Shown piece after piece: positions 29,084 through 42,625 of a stretch of DNA of 64,000 nt. Each line of letters begins with the position of its first letter. Within the stretch, counting starts at the first letter, position 1. This DNA is from Schmidtea polychroa. Lineage: Eukaryota. The stretch spans positions 50,222,001 through 50,286,000 of the forward strand of contig CM097885.1 of NCBI GenBank assembly GCA_044892525.1. The letters run 5' to 3'. The notes below the pieces were generated by a model. The model was not told the DNA's origin. It searched no databases and saw only the letters and a list, made by a program, of their open reading frames with translations. The position numbers and the translations under genes were made by a program.

Positions 29084-30614
29084 CAGGCCCGACAAGAGGG
29101 GGGGTTTGACGGGGAAAATACCCGGGCCCTGGGTTCTAGGGCCCCAGAGAAAAAATCTATCATGATTTCAATTTGTAGGAACTATGTTCCTTCTTTTGTA
29201 GTGCGTGTGTGTGGGGTACATCTGGAGAGTGTCCGTTGCCAAGATTGCTTTCGGAACCCCCGGTGCGAAAAAGTCTACACGGCATAAACGCATCTTGCAG
29301 TAATGGTAAGCATGTGTGGCAATCTTTTGTTTGTCAAGAGTCAAGTGCTTGCTATCACTGGTCTGGCACCAGCGCCTTAAGGCCCTTAAGGGATGCGTGT
29401 GGGCCGACTAGGGAACCGTGTGCGGGAGACGGTTATTTTCACGCGAGTTCATCCTGTACCGCACACGATCAGTCAATCCAGTCGAGTCCAGTCGCAATAT
29501 ATACTAGTTTTTGACATTTTGAGCCTGTTTCATTATTTACAAACTCTATTATTATTTAACTAAAAGAAAAATTACAAACATTAATAGTGTAGGAAGTGTA
29601 GTTATTTGATCAATGTGAAAATCTCCAGGAAGAAGCGGATAAAGTAGTCGTGTTTGTGAACTAAGCCGAAAGTGAATAAGAAATTAACCTAAGCGTTGGG
29701 CTACAAAGCATTTCTTTACCGGTGCTGGAGTGCTGGAGTCTAATTTTCAATTATTAGTAATTAGCAGTCAATGGGAGACCGCCATCGACTCCGATATTCG
29801 CGACGTGGATGAATTAGAAATGACACCAAGTGACGAATTCCGAACAAATGTTTTCAATGTTTTCTTATATTGTATTATTGGAAATATTGCAAGAAGATTT
29901 AATGCGGCTAAAGAAATTGATTCGTTATTTAATGTATTATGGTTATTTCATAACCTTAATGATGAAGAAATACAAAAGAAGTCCGAAAAATTACAAAAAG
30001 TATATGAAAACGATATTGACCATAATCTTGGTGAAGAAATACTCCATTTAAAATCATTTTATGATGCCAATATACAAAACAAATCTCTCTCGCCCATTAA
30101 GTTACTAAACATCATTAAAAAATGAAACTGGATGTATTGTTTCCCAACATAATAATAGCAATAAAATTATTTTGTACGATCCCTGTAACCGTTGCTGAAG
30201 CAGAACGATCCTTTAGTGTTTTAAAAAGGATGAAAGATGTTTTGAGATCCACAATGTCACAACACCGATTGAATGATTTAGGAATGTAGTCGATTGAATC
30301 TGAAATGGCTAAGAAAATTGATTTTCAAGACGTAATTAATTTGTTTGCTAGGCGCAAGGTTCGGAAAGCAACATTCTAAAAAATAATTTGTTTTTTGTAC
30401 TTTTTTTTTGTAATTTTAGTTGTAAACGTTTTCATTTTTGTAAGAGAATTATTGATGAATACATTGTTCCAATAACAATTAGGATATTTTTCGGTTTCCC
30501 GCTTCATTTATAAATAGCCCAAAGTCCGAGGGGAAAATTTTTTTTTCACGCTCTTGGCAGGGGCCCCCACAAGAAGTATATCCCCGGGCCCCAAAAGTCC
30601 TCTCGGCGGCCCTG
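29084..30614 (+). mobile_element. Internally deleted hAT element
   Basis: TIRs CAGGCCCGACAAGAG / CTCTCGGCGGCCCTG; perfect TSD CTCCTAAT (29076-29083, 30615-30622); C-terminal hAT motif TIPVTVAEAERSFSVLKRMKDVLRSTMSQHRL near 30170-30280. Confidence 0.93.
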
Positions 30615-33600
30615 CTCCTAATTAATGACCAAACACTAGACTTTCCCGCATTTAATGTCAGTTGTCGTCGTTGTTAGACTAATAGATTTTATTATTATGT
30701 TATCGTTGTTACTATAGTCTTAATATCAATGGTGCTGAATCTCAGACATAATATAACATCCTTAGCTCTCAATGCCCGTGTACTGCCTAAAAGGCTACAA
30801 TACTTGAGTTTTAAGAAAATCCGTTTCCCATACCAATGCCTGTATACAAGTTTCGTTCATCTAAACGGGGCTTCGTATTAATCAAATATTCTCAAGATGT
30901 TAATTTCTTTGCTCATTAATATAGTAGTTGATCTGCCGAGCTGTATAATCGTGATCCCTAGTCATTTGGATCACCTCTGGTCTATCGCAATTCATTATAC
31001 GAAGTTATTCGACTTGCTAACACTACATTCGAATAAAAGACCGCCCCATATTTTCCAAACTTTTCCAAATATTTTCTTTAGGTGATGTTTGAACGAAAAA
31101 TATTTTTTCAAATTTTATAACCCTTTGAAGGTTTTAACCCACCATGTTTGAACATTTGAAAATGAAAGCAGCACCATAATGTAGAGCACAAAAACTCTAC
31201 ACACACAAATGTGACGATAAGTGTTTAAGAAATCTTATATTTAATGTAATTTATATTTAAAGTATAATACCCCTGAATTATTCAAGCAACCGGCAGATAA
31301 ATATAACAAAATAACAAAAAGATTTTTTACAGAAGCTTTCTTGGAATTTATAAGTCAAAAATAAATGCAAAGTCGTGTGAAACCACGGACATTGAGTAGG
31401 CCACGAGTCTTTATGCTTCCCCTGAGCCTAACCAATCTGGTCTACCTATCATTTTGTCATCATCATTTAATCATTATTTCATACGTTACGCCATACTTAC
31501 CAGTCTCATATCATACCATATACGAGAAGAATTTTAAGAAATAATTTATTTATGAAAACATTTGGAAGATCGTTTGTGCAAATAATTAGATGATCTTCGA
31601 ACCGCACCACCCGGCTTTCGACTACCAGTTATTCTCGCAGGATCCTCTTGGGGTCTGGCAATCGTAAGCGTCCCGGGAAACTTCAATTTCATAATTTAGA
31701 CACCGCACCACTTTGTTGCCTTCCAGTCACCTTGGTATTCAGCTTCAACGTCGGTGTTGAAAATCTGTCCAGCCCGAATGTCCGTTCCACATTGCGCAAA
31801 ATGGTCAGTCTTTCACACTTCTTGTATGACCCGAAACCTGGCCGTCCGCTCGTGATTCAGTGCAGGTTCACTCTTATTATTACAATCATTATCATGGTGG
31901 TTTATCTGGAGTGCGGCTTCGACGACGACGTTGGTCCGTGGATTCGAATCTATAACCTACCAAACATATTCATCACTGGCTCACTAGTCTTAGTTCTTAA
32001 TCTATGATGGACCTAGGATAACCCAATGCACTGAACAAATCTAGTAGTAAGGGTACCAGGTGGTTTTCAAGTCATTTTAATTTTTGTAAAGATGAATTTC
32101 ATTTTACATTTTTCTTCAAATTGTCGACAAAATCTTAATTTTTTAACAATTTTAAGTGATTTGAAGGATTTTCCTATACTCAAGGTCGCATTAGACTTTT
32201 TCAAGCATGAAAAAAATATTTTGCTATACGGTAAAGGGGAAGGAACTACAAAAATATATAGGGATTTGTATATAAACCAGCACTGGGGTTGAGAAAGAAC
32301 CAACTTCCGAAAACACCCAGAGATTTTGATCTGAAAATGACGTTTCCCTTAATTCTCAACTGCATTATGAGAAATCTGCTACTCTGAAATCCTATACTCA
32401 CTCTAATTTTAATTAAGGATAGAAATGGGAAAGTTAATTAAGAGTGTTTGTATAGTTTTGGGAGTATTGATTCACATTGAACCAGCATAATTCCTAGGTA
32501 CCAAGAGTTAACCGATGACAATAGTTCCACAATGGTATATAACGTCACTTTTAACTAGCCCATTCTCTAACATATGAGAAAAATCCCTAGTTATAGCAAT
32601 CTATGCTTTGTGGGAGATTTTCGCTGGTTGGAATTGAAAAGGTTTTACGATGAAAGGATTTTCACTTATCAGCGAATGATTGGGCGGTTGCTAACGAAAA
32701 TAGTCCATCCGATATTGTCGACCTCTAGAATTTTTTCGCTTTGCCACCATTGAACTGTACTCGCGTTCTTCTTCATCCGACTACTGGTTGGGTGAGTAAA
32801 ATTCATATTTCTATGTCTTTGCTCAATGGTTTCATGCAAATTTAACTTAAATGGATATTTTTGAACGCGTAGTGGCCTGATCACATCTGAATTTGAATGT
32901 TATATAATGAATTTAAATCAAAGTGTATTTGTTGATGATTTCATCTTACTGACAAGTGGTTGATTTTCATTATCTGGCATTACTAAATTGAAGGCGTATA
33001 CTCCACTATATCTTCCAGATTATCCTATTTTTATAAGCGACTAAATGAGTTAAGTTAACAATTCACACTCTTGTACGTTGGCCTCTTCTATGGTTTTTAA
33101 ATGGATTCATCCGATTTTATTTCACTTTATCAAAGTGTGATTCTTGAGTTGAAATATTTACCACGAATTTTGCTGATACTAAATTGTTAGATTTAAAATC
33201 AGGTTGCTAATATTGTTGAGTTTTCAAATAAATAAATATTAAAGTCGGTGTTTCTGACTACTCTTGTTCTAAAAAATCAATTAAACAAACAACATTCAAC
33301 GTATATTTGTTTTCGAATTCGTACAATTTACAATTTAAAAAACTCCGAATATTGCAACAAAATTTCTGTTCTGACTATTCGTTAAGTCTCGCTGTGACCG
33401 CTACGATTTTGAACGTTCTACAACAACAATCACTTCGTTTCTTTAATCCTTTGACTTAACTTAATCCTTTTCTTTTCTCTTCCGTTAATTCTATCTTCTA
33501 ATTATAAACATCTAATTTTAAATATACATGTGTATATTCCCCAAGATTTTTACATTTGAAAATTGTCCACAAATTTTTGCTCTTTCATATTCTCCCTCTA

Positions 33601-34744
33601 TTATATTTGACGTGTTTAAATTTGAGTAAATTTTTTCAATTGTTGGCAATTGTTCATCTTCATTCTCAAAAGAATCTATATACTGATATGGGTGGATTCT
33701 TTTTAGTAAACATTCCTGTAGTGTAGCGTTAATTTACTGATTTTAATTTTTTAATTGTAATTACGATTTGCAATCGTTATTCTTCATCGGGGCGTATTTT
33801 TTTGTAAATAAATAAAAGAAACTATATAGAGTAATTCTCTATAGTAATAATTTACTATAGAGAAATTACAAAAACAAAAAATCGAAAAAATATTAATAAA
33901 AAAACTAAGATAAAGCTTAAATTTGCGAATCTAAAGTTTCAATACTAATTAACAAGATTCAAGTTCTAATACAGAAAATTCAGATTTTAATATAAATTGG
34001 AAGATCCAAGTTCTAATAAAGAAAAATCCAATCTTAAATATAAATCGAACAGTATTTTTATCATAAAACAAACCAAAATCCTAAGAAAATTTAAATCCTA
34101 ATCCTAGATACTTACAATTATAGATAAACCATAGTTCATACTAGTCCCTCTCTGACAGTTGTCGGGGTCAACATCAGTATAGTATCTACTACGATTAACA
34201 GATCAAAGTACTATTTATTATTAGTTAAGAAATTTTGTAATTTTTAGTTTATTGTTGATTTGTTATTTTATGATCATTATTTTTAATTTATCTGTATCTC
34301 ACATTACACACAACCACCCCAGCTGTCCCAAAACAATTTTTAAAGGTGACTCTTCTGGGTCCGACAAATTTCTCCATCACACACAAAATGAATCTATAAA
34401 TTTTAACCATCCATATTCAAAACATTTGTAGTTTTCTTTATTTTTCCAAATGACTTTGAAAGAAATTTCTACATTTGCTGCTAATGTTTTATGAAAAGAT
34501 AAATATCATAACCAAATAAATTATGAAATATTACTGGTACAAAATTTATTTTTCTTTAATTTAGGTTACAAGTTTCGTGTTCATTTCTTTTGTGTATTCT
34601 TTTCAATGAAAGGATCATGATCTCAAACATTATAAATGTAAATATTAAAAGGTTTTTTACACATACAACATTTTTCTGATTTCATATATTCTGATTATTG
34701 TTTTTTAGTCACGTTTAACTTATAATCTGTTTGTAATACTCTAA

Positions 34745-35347
34745 ATAACTCGGTACCATTATTAACATATAATTTATTAGGAAATCTATTTGAAGACTCA
34801 TTCAAGTTTTCAAACGCGATTTTAATTGTTTCTCCTTTCTTTTTAATAATGGAATAGCCTGAGCATATCAGTTATACAAATCAATGATGGTTAGGATATA
34901 TTTATAAGTTTCATTATTTTTCGAATTTACTGTTTCAATTAAATCTGCTGACCAAATATCAACCTTGTTAAAAACTTTAATTTTTAAATATTTTTTATTA
35001 TTTCTATATCCTTTGTGTAATTCACTTGCTAAATCTGTAGATTCATCATCATTATCAATTTTACCACCTACGACTATCGAACTTTGTCCACCTAAAACTA
35101 TTTTTGCTTTCATTGCTGTTTTTGCAATTGAACTTTCTCTGAATATTGTATCTTGAATTTCATTAAGGTCTTGAATTAAATCGATGTCAGCCTTTTGTCG
35201 AGATCTTATATTTTTAGCATGGTATGCAATATCATGTTTTAAATTTGCTTGATCAGCACGATTTATTAGTTCTTCATCATGTTTTGGAATGTTATTTTCA
35301 TCAAGTCTTGTATCCAATCTTGTTCCTGGTCCTAAATGGTTCTTCAT
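34745..35347 (-). pseudogene. Parvovirus-type PLA2 motif joined in frame to a Polinton integrase N-terminus
   Basis: HLGPGTRLD...NRADQANLKHDIAY...KAD, then ELHK...DIWSADL...YKYILTIIDLY...PNKLYVNNGTE. Confidence 0.8.
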
Positions 35348-36386
35348 CAGTCAAATTGCCTAACAGACCTACAATTTTATTTTTTTGTTAAAGAACGGAA
35401 TAACATGCTTCAGTTAAAATATACCTCATTTCGGCTTAAAGAAACCCTTGATATTATTAATATTGACATTATTAATATAAATAGACATAAATGTAGATAT
35501 AGAAATGCTTCCGGTGGGAATGGAAACAACACTTAGACCCGATATGTTGATAAAGCCACAAAGAAATAACTTATTTCATATTCTAAAAGTTCATACGAGG
35601 ACACCGACAACGCTCTTCTAATAGTTAATTTTACTTTTAAATTTTCATGATATCGTATTTTAGCACTCTTATTAATTTTTTTTATTCTTTTTCGAATGAT
35701 CTTTCTGATATTCTATTATTCTGTTTGTGAGATAGATAATATCTAGGATGATGAATTTCCTTCCAATATTTTTGTCCACATTTTATACACTCTGAATTCA
35801 AAACAAAGAAATTTCTACGATAAAAGTTTTCGAAAGCAGTTTTCTTATTCCTAAGAAACACTGCTCTTTATACCTTTCTTCTCTTAGCTTATTTTCAGTA
35901 ATACACTTTCACATTTTTTTCACATGTAAACAAAATAAGATTTTCCTTTTTCTTTAATAATTTTAAAAAATTCATTTGATTTTTCATTATTACATTTAGT
36001 ACATATTTTAAAAGACATTTTTTACAAACATTATTTTATTATGAATTTATCAAACACTAGCATGTCCTTTTTTAAAACACACCTGAGGTCATTTGACCCA
36101 AATAATTATATTTTGGAAGATTATGTTCTCCTTTATATTTAGCAATGGAAATTCTGGTAATTTAGAAAGCGCTTGTTGTAAATTCCCACCACTTTTTATT
36201 TTATGAAAATTGATTCTTTCATGTTTCGCTTTATGAAACTTTGAAATATTTTTATTACAAGGTTTACAAAAATACATTTTTTACTTGAAAATTTAAAATC
36301 TACAAAGTCTGGAGAGTCAACAATTATGAGAAATTTCCGAGAAATATTTAGCTGAGAATATTCCAAAAATTATTTTTACCGAGAAT

Positions 36387-36514
36387 CATGCGCGTACGCA
36401 GGGGGGGTTACTGGGGGTTTAACCCCCCCCCCCCCCATGATTCCAACAACAATATAAAAAACTATAATTAATAAATATATAAACTTAAAACAATTCAAGA
36501 AATATTCCGAATGC

Positions 36515-36595
<81 letters not shown>

Positions 36596-36673
36596 CCCCC
36601 CCCCTCTAACTATATAAAAATAATATATATAACCCCCCTCCCCCCCCATGGATTCATCCTGCGTACGCGCCTG
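36387..36673. mobile_element. hAT-type MITE with internal (AT)n, inserted in the Polinton subterminal region
   Basis: TIR CA(T/G)GCGCGTACGCAGG; perfect TSD CCGAGAAT (36379-36386, 36674-36681). Confidence 0.93.
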
Positions 36674-37334
36674 CCGAGAATATCCATATCAAACCAATGG
36701 CATTCGGGTCTATTGCCTATTGGGTCTCATAGTGATTATATCCTCACTACTAACATCGATAGATAAAAGAATCAATCAAATACCAAATCGCGAATTTCAT
36801 ATTGGAGATAATGTTTTTTGTTAAAACGGATAAAGATGGATATATGAGGCCAGGGGAGATTATTAAGAAGTTATGAAATGAGTTAGAAAAGGAGTTATGA
36901 AATAAAAATAGAAGTAATTATACTTTAATTCTTTGCTTTAATACTTTAATTAGAGTGTCTAAAAAAGTCACTAGAAAAAGGCAGTACCGAAAATTCGTGA
37001 ATATCAAAGAACATCGATATATTTACTGATTAATAGTAAAGCTTTTTAATAAATCAATGTCAATTGAAAATAAATCAGTGGTGAAATTTGAAAAAAAGTT
37101 CTTATAATATTTAGAGTTTGACTAAATAGAATGTATTAAATTAAAATAACTTTTCCTAGATATTTCTCTCTCAGCGAATAAAGCAAATGAATTCGAAATG
37201 CGTTGGTCAGTAAAAGTTTGAAATATCATTTTTATATCTCTAATATCTACAGTCACATTATAAAAAAAAGAGAAAAAATATTAAATAGGTATTATAGTTT
37301 AAAACAAAATAAATTAATTATATAATTTTCAGTG

Positions 37335-39260
37335 TTACCACCCAATTGGAATATTAAGCTTGTTATTTGTGAATTTCAACCATTTGTATAACGGGTCAAA
37401 GAATTTCAAAAAGGATTCTGATTTTATTTCTGTGGTGCCTGTTAGTATTTTCATTGTTTTTTTCCAATGCTGACTCTTTCCTTCCGAAAGCATTTCTATT
37501 AATTTTAGTCCAGCTTCTTTTGATTGATAAAAATCGCATCGGTGTAGGGCTCCCTTATAACCGCTAATATTACACATAGATTCATAAAATTGAAACTGAA
37601 TAAAGTAGCTAACAAAGTATCGAATATAAGTAATACCAAAGGCTATGTGATATTTTGCACCAGGATCAAAATCGTCTTCTGTTCTTTTAACTGGTGGCAT
37701 TAAACCTTGATATCTGTAGCGTAAATCCCACCAATGTTTATTCACTTCTGACAAAGGAACTGATCCATTATATAATTCCCATATATAACTATCCATTGTC
37801 AAAGCAAATGGTAAAAATGCGACTTTTTCTAAAGCTGTTGCCATTAGATAGTCAATGTCGAAATCTTTCGAGTCTGGAACTTGAGATATTAAGCCAATTT
37901 TATGAAGATGTTCTGGTGTTTTCACTGCCAATGCGATAGTATCACCGATAGCTTCATGGAAACCTGAATTTGCAGAACCTCGAAATATAATTGGCAAATG
38001 ACTGTAGGCCATATAATATTCAATATGACCCATCTCATGATGTATAGTAGTGAAATCTGCAATGTTCTTCTCTGTACACATCTTTATTCGAAAATCTACT
38101 CCATTTGATAAATCATAAGCTGACCCATGGCAGTTCACGACCTTATCCCGAGGCTTACTCAACATACTTCTTTCCCAGAATTCATCAGTCATCTTAAACA
38201 TTCCCATGGATTCATAGAATTCTTCAGCAATCGTAAACATTTGTTCAACAGGTATTTTGGATAGTTTTTCCGTAGCTTCATCTTGATAATTGGCAGCAGA
38301 TAATTTTTCTCCACACTCACGAATTATGGGAAATATATTTGTCCACTGTTGTGCCCACACATTTCCAAAAATATGAGCCGGAATCGGTCCTGATTTATCA
38401 AATTTCCCTGGGTAAAATTTAATTAGACAATATCTCACATAGCCATGTAATTCTTTATAAAGTGGAAGAATATCGTCATAAAGTTTTAATACAGTACTTT
38501 TAAAATGATCATCTTCAAAATCAAACCTTAAACCAAAGGTTGCAGCATCTTCATGGCCGTTTTCTCTCGATCCGATATTTTCTAGTACCATTCTTCTAAG
38601 AAATAAATCTTTTATCTTTGCTCCCGTAACATTTCTCCATGCCGTCCAGTAGCCGACCAATTTATCGTAATTCTTCTCTTCCTTGAATAATTTGACGATT
38701 CCCGATTCACCAACTTCCAAGCATTTATTATAACAAGGTTTCGCATTATTGTAAATAGAAGAAATATCATTACTGATTTGATTGAGTTCCTGAATAATAG
38801 ATTCATTTTCACTCCGAACAGCCTTCGTTTGCAGGCGAAATTTCCTTCGAAGCTCTGGAGATTTAAACGATTTCCACAGGAATTTTTTCGACTTTTTCTT
38901 CAATTTTAATTCGATTTTTGATCCTATTTTTTGGAATTTCTTTTTCAATTCTAGATTCTTTTTGTTAATATCTGTTGAATATTTGAATTGAACGTTCTGA
39001 ACACGATTTCTATTTCTAATGGATATTTCATTGACTTTATCCAACCATGACTTTGCGCACTTCTCATCGGCATACTCATCGCATACATTCGGGAATTCTT
39101 CCAAGTCTGTCAAATGATAATAGCTGTCGAAAACCGGTGATTCAGGAGGCTCAGATTCGTCGTCGAAATTTATTTCATCTTTTGTTTCCGAGAAAATTCT
39201 TTCTCCACTATGGACAAAATGAATTAAAACAACAATCAAAATGGTAAACTTGAAAACCAT
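37335..39260 (-). CDS. ACE: ACE-like peptidyl-dipeptidase (M2), copy 2 (641 aa)
   Basis: Intact intronless ORF, same catalytic motifs; about two dozen aa differences from copy 1. Confidence 0.96.
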   Translation of the reverse strand: MVFKFTILIVVLIHFVHSGERIFSETKDEINFDDESEPPESPVFDSYYHLTDLEEFPNVCDEYADEKCAKSWLDKVNEISIRNRNRVQNVQFKYSTDINKKNLELKKKFQKIGSKIELKLKKKSKKFLWKSFKSPELRRKFRLQTKAVRSENESIIQELNQISNDISSIYNNAKPCYNKCLEVGESGIVKLFKEEKNYDKLVGYWTAWRNVTGAKIKDLFLRRMVLENIGSRENGHEDAATFGLRFDFEDDHFKSTVLKLYDDILPLYKELHGYVRYCLIKFYPGKFDKSGPIPAHIFGNVWAQQWTNIFPIIRECGEKLSAANYQDEATEKLSKIPVEQMFTIAEEFYESMGMFKMTDEFWERSMLSKPRDKVVNCHGSAYDLSNGVDFRIKMCTEKNIADFTTIHHEMGHIEYYMAYSHLPIIFRGSANSGFHEAIGDTIALAVKTPEHLHKIGLISQVPDSKDFDIDYLMATALEKVAFLPFALTMDSYIWELYNGSVPLSEVNKHWWDLRYRYQGLMPPVKRTEDDFDPGAKYHIAFGITYIRYFVSYFIQFQFYESMCNISGYKGALHRCDFYQSKEAGLKLIEMLSEGKSQHWKKTMKILTGTTEIKSESFLKFFDPLYKWLKFTNNKLNIPIGW

Positions 39261-39924
39261 TTTTTGTTTTAAATGAGAGATATCAACTTGCCTCAAGGAT
39301 GTATATATGGTAGGAGGAACAATCAGACAACAATCAGAGCCTACCACACATTTGATCAGTCATTGTTATATTTGGTTATGAATAAATATATTTCTATCTC
39401 AATTTCAGCACAATTTAGCACACTTAAAATCAATGTTTTTCTACAATGGATTTTAATTTTGCGTGCCTTTTTACAAATGAAAAAAAATCAATAAAATTTA
39501 CGAAAAAATAATTCAATTCCCAAAAATTATTGTAATTTTTTTTTGACTATTTTTCAATATTAAACTTATTTTATTTTTATTGCTGAAATTTCATCTTTTA
39601 CATTTAATGATTTTATTAATAACAATATTAATTCTATAGATGGAAATAGAAGAATACATTAAGAAATAGTACAAATTTACAACTGGACAACGATTCCTTC
39701 ATTACTAAATTAAATAAATGTCAATTGATCTAAGTCATACATAAAAATATAATAGAAGTCAGAGTTTTTCAACCTTTTATATATATATATTCTTTTGTTT
39801 GAATAGAGTCGAAAAATTGAGAGTTTATTTGAATGCGTCGAAAAAACAGCATGAAAATCGCTGAAAGTAGAATCATAATCTATGATCACAGATCAAATAA
39901 TACAAAGTAATTTACGCTACCTAT

Positions 39925-41045
39925 CATTGGCGTAGTGAGCAAAACTGACGCCTTGGGGCACGATATCTTTTGCTGCGTCCCCTCTAAAAACATAGTAATA
40001 AAATATATAGAATATAATACAAATAATAATTGAATGCAATACCTACCATCAAATTCTCTACAATATATTACTAATAGTCACTAACTATCAAGTCTTCTAC
40101 GAAATATTATATTGTTTTTCGGAGTCAATAACTACATAGGCTTATTTTAAACTTTAAATCTGGGAAAGAAGATCTAGTTAAAAAAATCAAGACTACGATT
40201 GGATTTGAAATGTCTCTGTGTCAGTGGAAAATCAGACATACGGTCATCTAGAATTAGTAAATATATTTATTATTAATAATAATAATAATATAATACATTA
40301 ATACAATTTATTACTGTATATATTTTTCATGCCTTTGATGACGCAAATTTATTAATTACTTCATCAAAGTCGATCATTTAAAACTTTTTTGTTCCACATT
40401 TAAAAATGCAAGGTCACTTAGGCGATCTTGAACCATCGTTTATCGTAGAAATGTCAATTTTAATTTACTGAACGGGCGTTCACAGCTTGCAATTGATATT
40501 GAAATACAAAGGAGTATTTCAAGTGACCCCTTTAGGTTTGGAATAACATCTTCTCCATGCGAGTTTATGAAGGTAAAAAGTTCTAATGGAGTTTTAGGTT
40601 CAATTTCTTTTCGACTGAAGATTAACATCTTGCAGATATATATTTCGACATAAAATTCTTTATCATTAAAAGTTGTATTATAAAATTCTATCAGATTTTT
40701 ACAATCCTTTTCAAGACCGATATCGACATTACACTTGTTTAATAAATTTTCAACTTTCAGTAAAAATCCAAATTTATAATTAAGATCATATAGTCGTGTA
40801 AATCGTGTACTTATTTCCTGCTGCAGATGATCACGGATGCTTTTATAACGTGAGAAATTTCACTATATGTGGAAAGACCAACATCTCTAGCCATTTCTTT
40901 AGGCATTTTGTTTCGTTTTCTAACAAGGATTGTTGTATCAATACCCCATTTTTTACATCAGACTTAGTCTTTTCTATAAAATTCGAAAATTGGTTATCTA
41001 TAAATTATTTTATTGAACACTGTTAACAATTTCACTCATACAATG
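39925..41045 (-). mobile_element. hAT relic (TIR plus C-terminal transposase)
   Basis: CATTGGCGTAG TIR-like end; SISIASCERPFSKLKLTFLR*TMVQDRL dimerisation motif. Confidence 0.75.
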
Positions 41046-41899
41046 TTCACTGCATAATAGAATCGTTGAGTAAAATCAAAAATTAGGAATGATTATTAGT
41101 CGTATTTTCATACGAAGGACCATAATCAAACTTATTTGGAAAGTTATGCTTCGTATTTGCATACGAAGGAACTATTGCAAATAGTACCGAATTAAATAGA
41201 AAGAATAAGAATAATTGAAAAAATCAAAAATTGAAGAAGGAAAAATTCCCCATGAATAGCGCTAAAAATAGCAAAATAATAAGAAAATAAAGTTAATAAT
41301 TAGTTCGATAGTTTAAACAGTCAATAGAATGTACGATAACTACTAATGCGCAGAGTGACAAATCACAAATGTGCGTTTGCTGAAAATGAAATAATTTTAA
41401 TAAAATATTAGTAAAATTTTTTTAAAATAAAATGACTAAGGAAAGCAGTACTTGAGTAGACGTGCGCTGTCAGTCTAAAATTTCAAGATTTATACACCCT
41501 AATTTCACAGAGGAGCAGAGAATGATTGAGCGGGCATCAAAAGTTAGTATAAATATCAGGCGAAAATGCATTATTTAATAATCACTTGAACAACACTTTA
41601 TACTATCAGTTTTTCAGCGTTATTATTAGACATTTTATGCTTGTGTAATCGTAAGCTATGTTTATGTAAATTAATTTATATGGTTATATTGTTAATATTG
41701 ACCTTGAATGACGAACTAATTGTCAAGTGATCGTATATTACAGATTGCTTGCTCACAACTTTCAACTGCCGGATACATTGGGCTCGGATGAAACCGTTTG
41801 GCCTCCATTCCACTACATTTCATCTTCAATCGTTCGGCTCTAGGGAAATTAACTCTCACTTGCTTATCTAACTCGCTCAGGTCTGAACAGATTCCTTCT

Positions 41900-42625
41900 A
41901 CAATCCGATCCTCTATAATTAAAAGGATAAATGAAGTTAATAATCGAGAAATATAAACAACTTATTTAATTAAAAGTGTTTCATAAGTCTGATATCATTT
42001 GGTGATTATATAATTTGGAAAAATGCATTTTTGGAGGCCGCTGATTTTTTGATTTGTGACTTTGAAAATAAGATCGAAATAATTTCTGCCATCAATGGCA
42101 TGCAGTTATGGCGAAACTCTATTACGTGGTGAGTGGATGAAATTAGTTCAGATTTAAAACAGCAATTGATGATCTTCAAGATTTTTCAGCTTTTTCTTTA
42201 CAAGTAGATGAATCCACTGGCCTCCTTGTTTTGTCTCAGTTAATTTTTTTCAGTTAATTTATCTCAGATAAAAGACTTTTCAACGAAAGATGAATTTCTA
42301 ACAATTATTCTTCTGAAACAAACAACTCGAGGGGAGAACACTTTTCCCAGATTTAAAAAGTTTACGAATAGTATTCAGCTGCCAATTTTAAATCTTGTAT
42401 CAATAACTTTGGTCGGAAATCCAGCAATGACAGGTTGAAAAGACGATGAATTTCCCGACTTCCTGTCATATCATTGCATCGTACATCAACAGGCATTATG
42501 TGGTAAACTTTTAAACATGAAAGATATTAAAGATACAACATTCAAGATTGCAAACTCAATTCGAGCAAAAAGTCTCCAGAGGTGGCTTTTTAAGATCCAA
42601 GTTGAAGAAAGTGATAATGAGGGAC
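41900..42625 (+). mobile_element. hAT transposase relic (GTF2IRD2/EPM2AIP1-like)
   Basis: FSLQVDESTG, TTRGE, YHCIVHQQALCGK, NSIRAKSLQR; many stops. Left boundary approximate. Confidence 0.72.

Larger units (their letters stand above)
33503..36751 (-). mobile_element. Polinton/Maverick (adintovirus-like) relic, internally deleted
   Basis: AGTAGT terminus at 36751; zinc-finger/PLA2/integrase ORF pieces; PolB fragments (FHNLFGYD near 34510; KRIHPYQYIDSF at about 33670-33705) homologous to 49111-52045. Confidence 0.85.

Noticed and set aside
31200..33100. Short ORFs in a moderately GC-rich block
   Set aside because: No recognisable motifs; probably decayed TE
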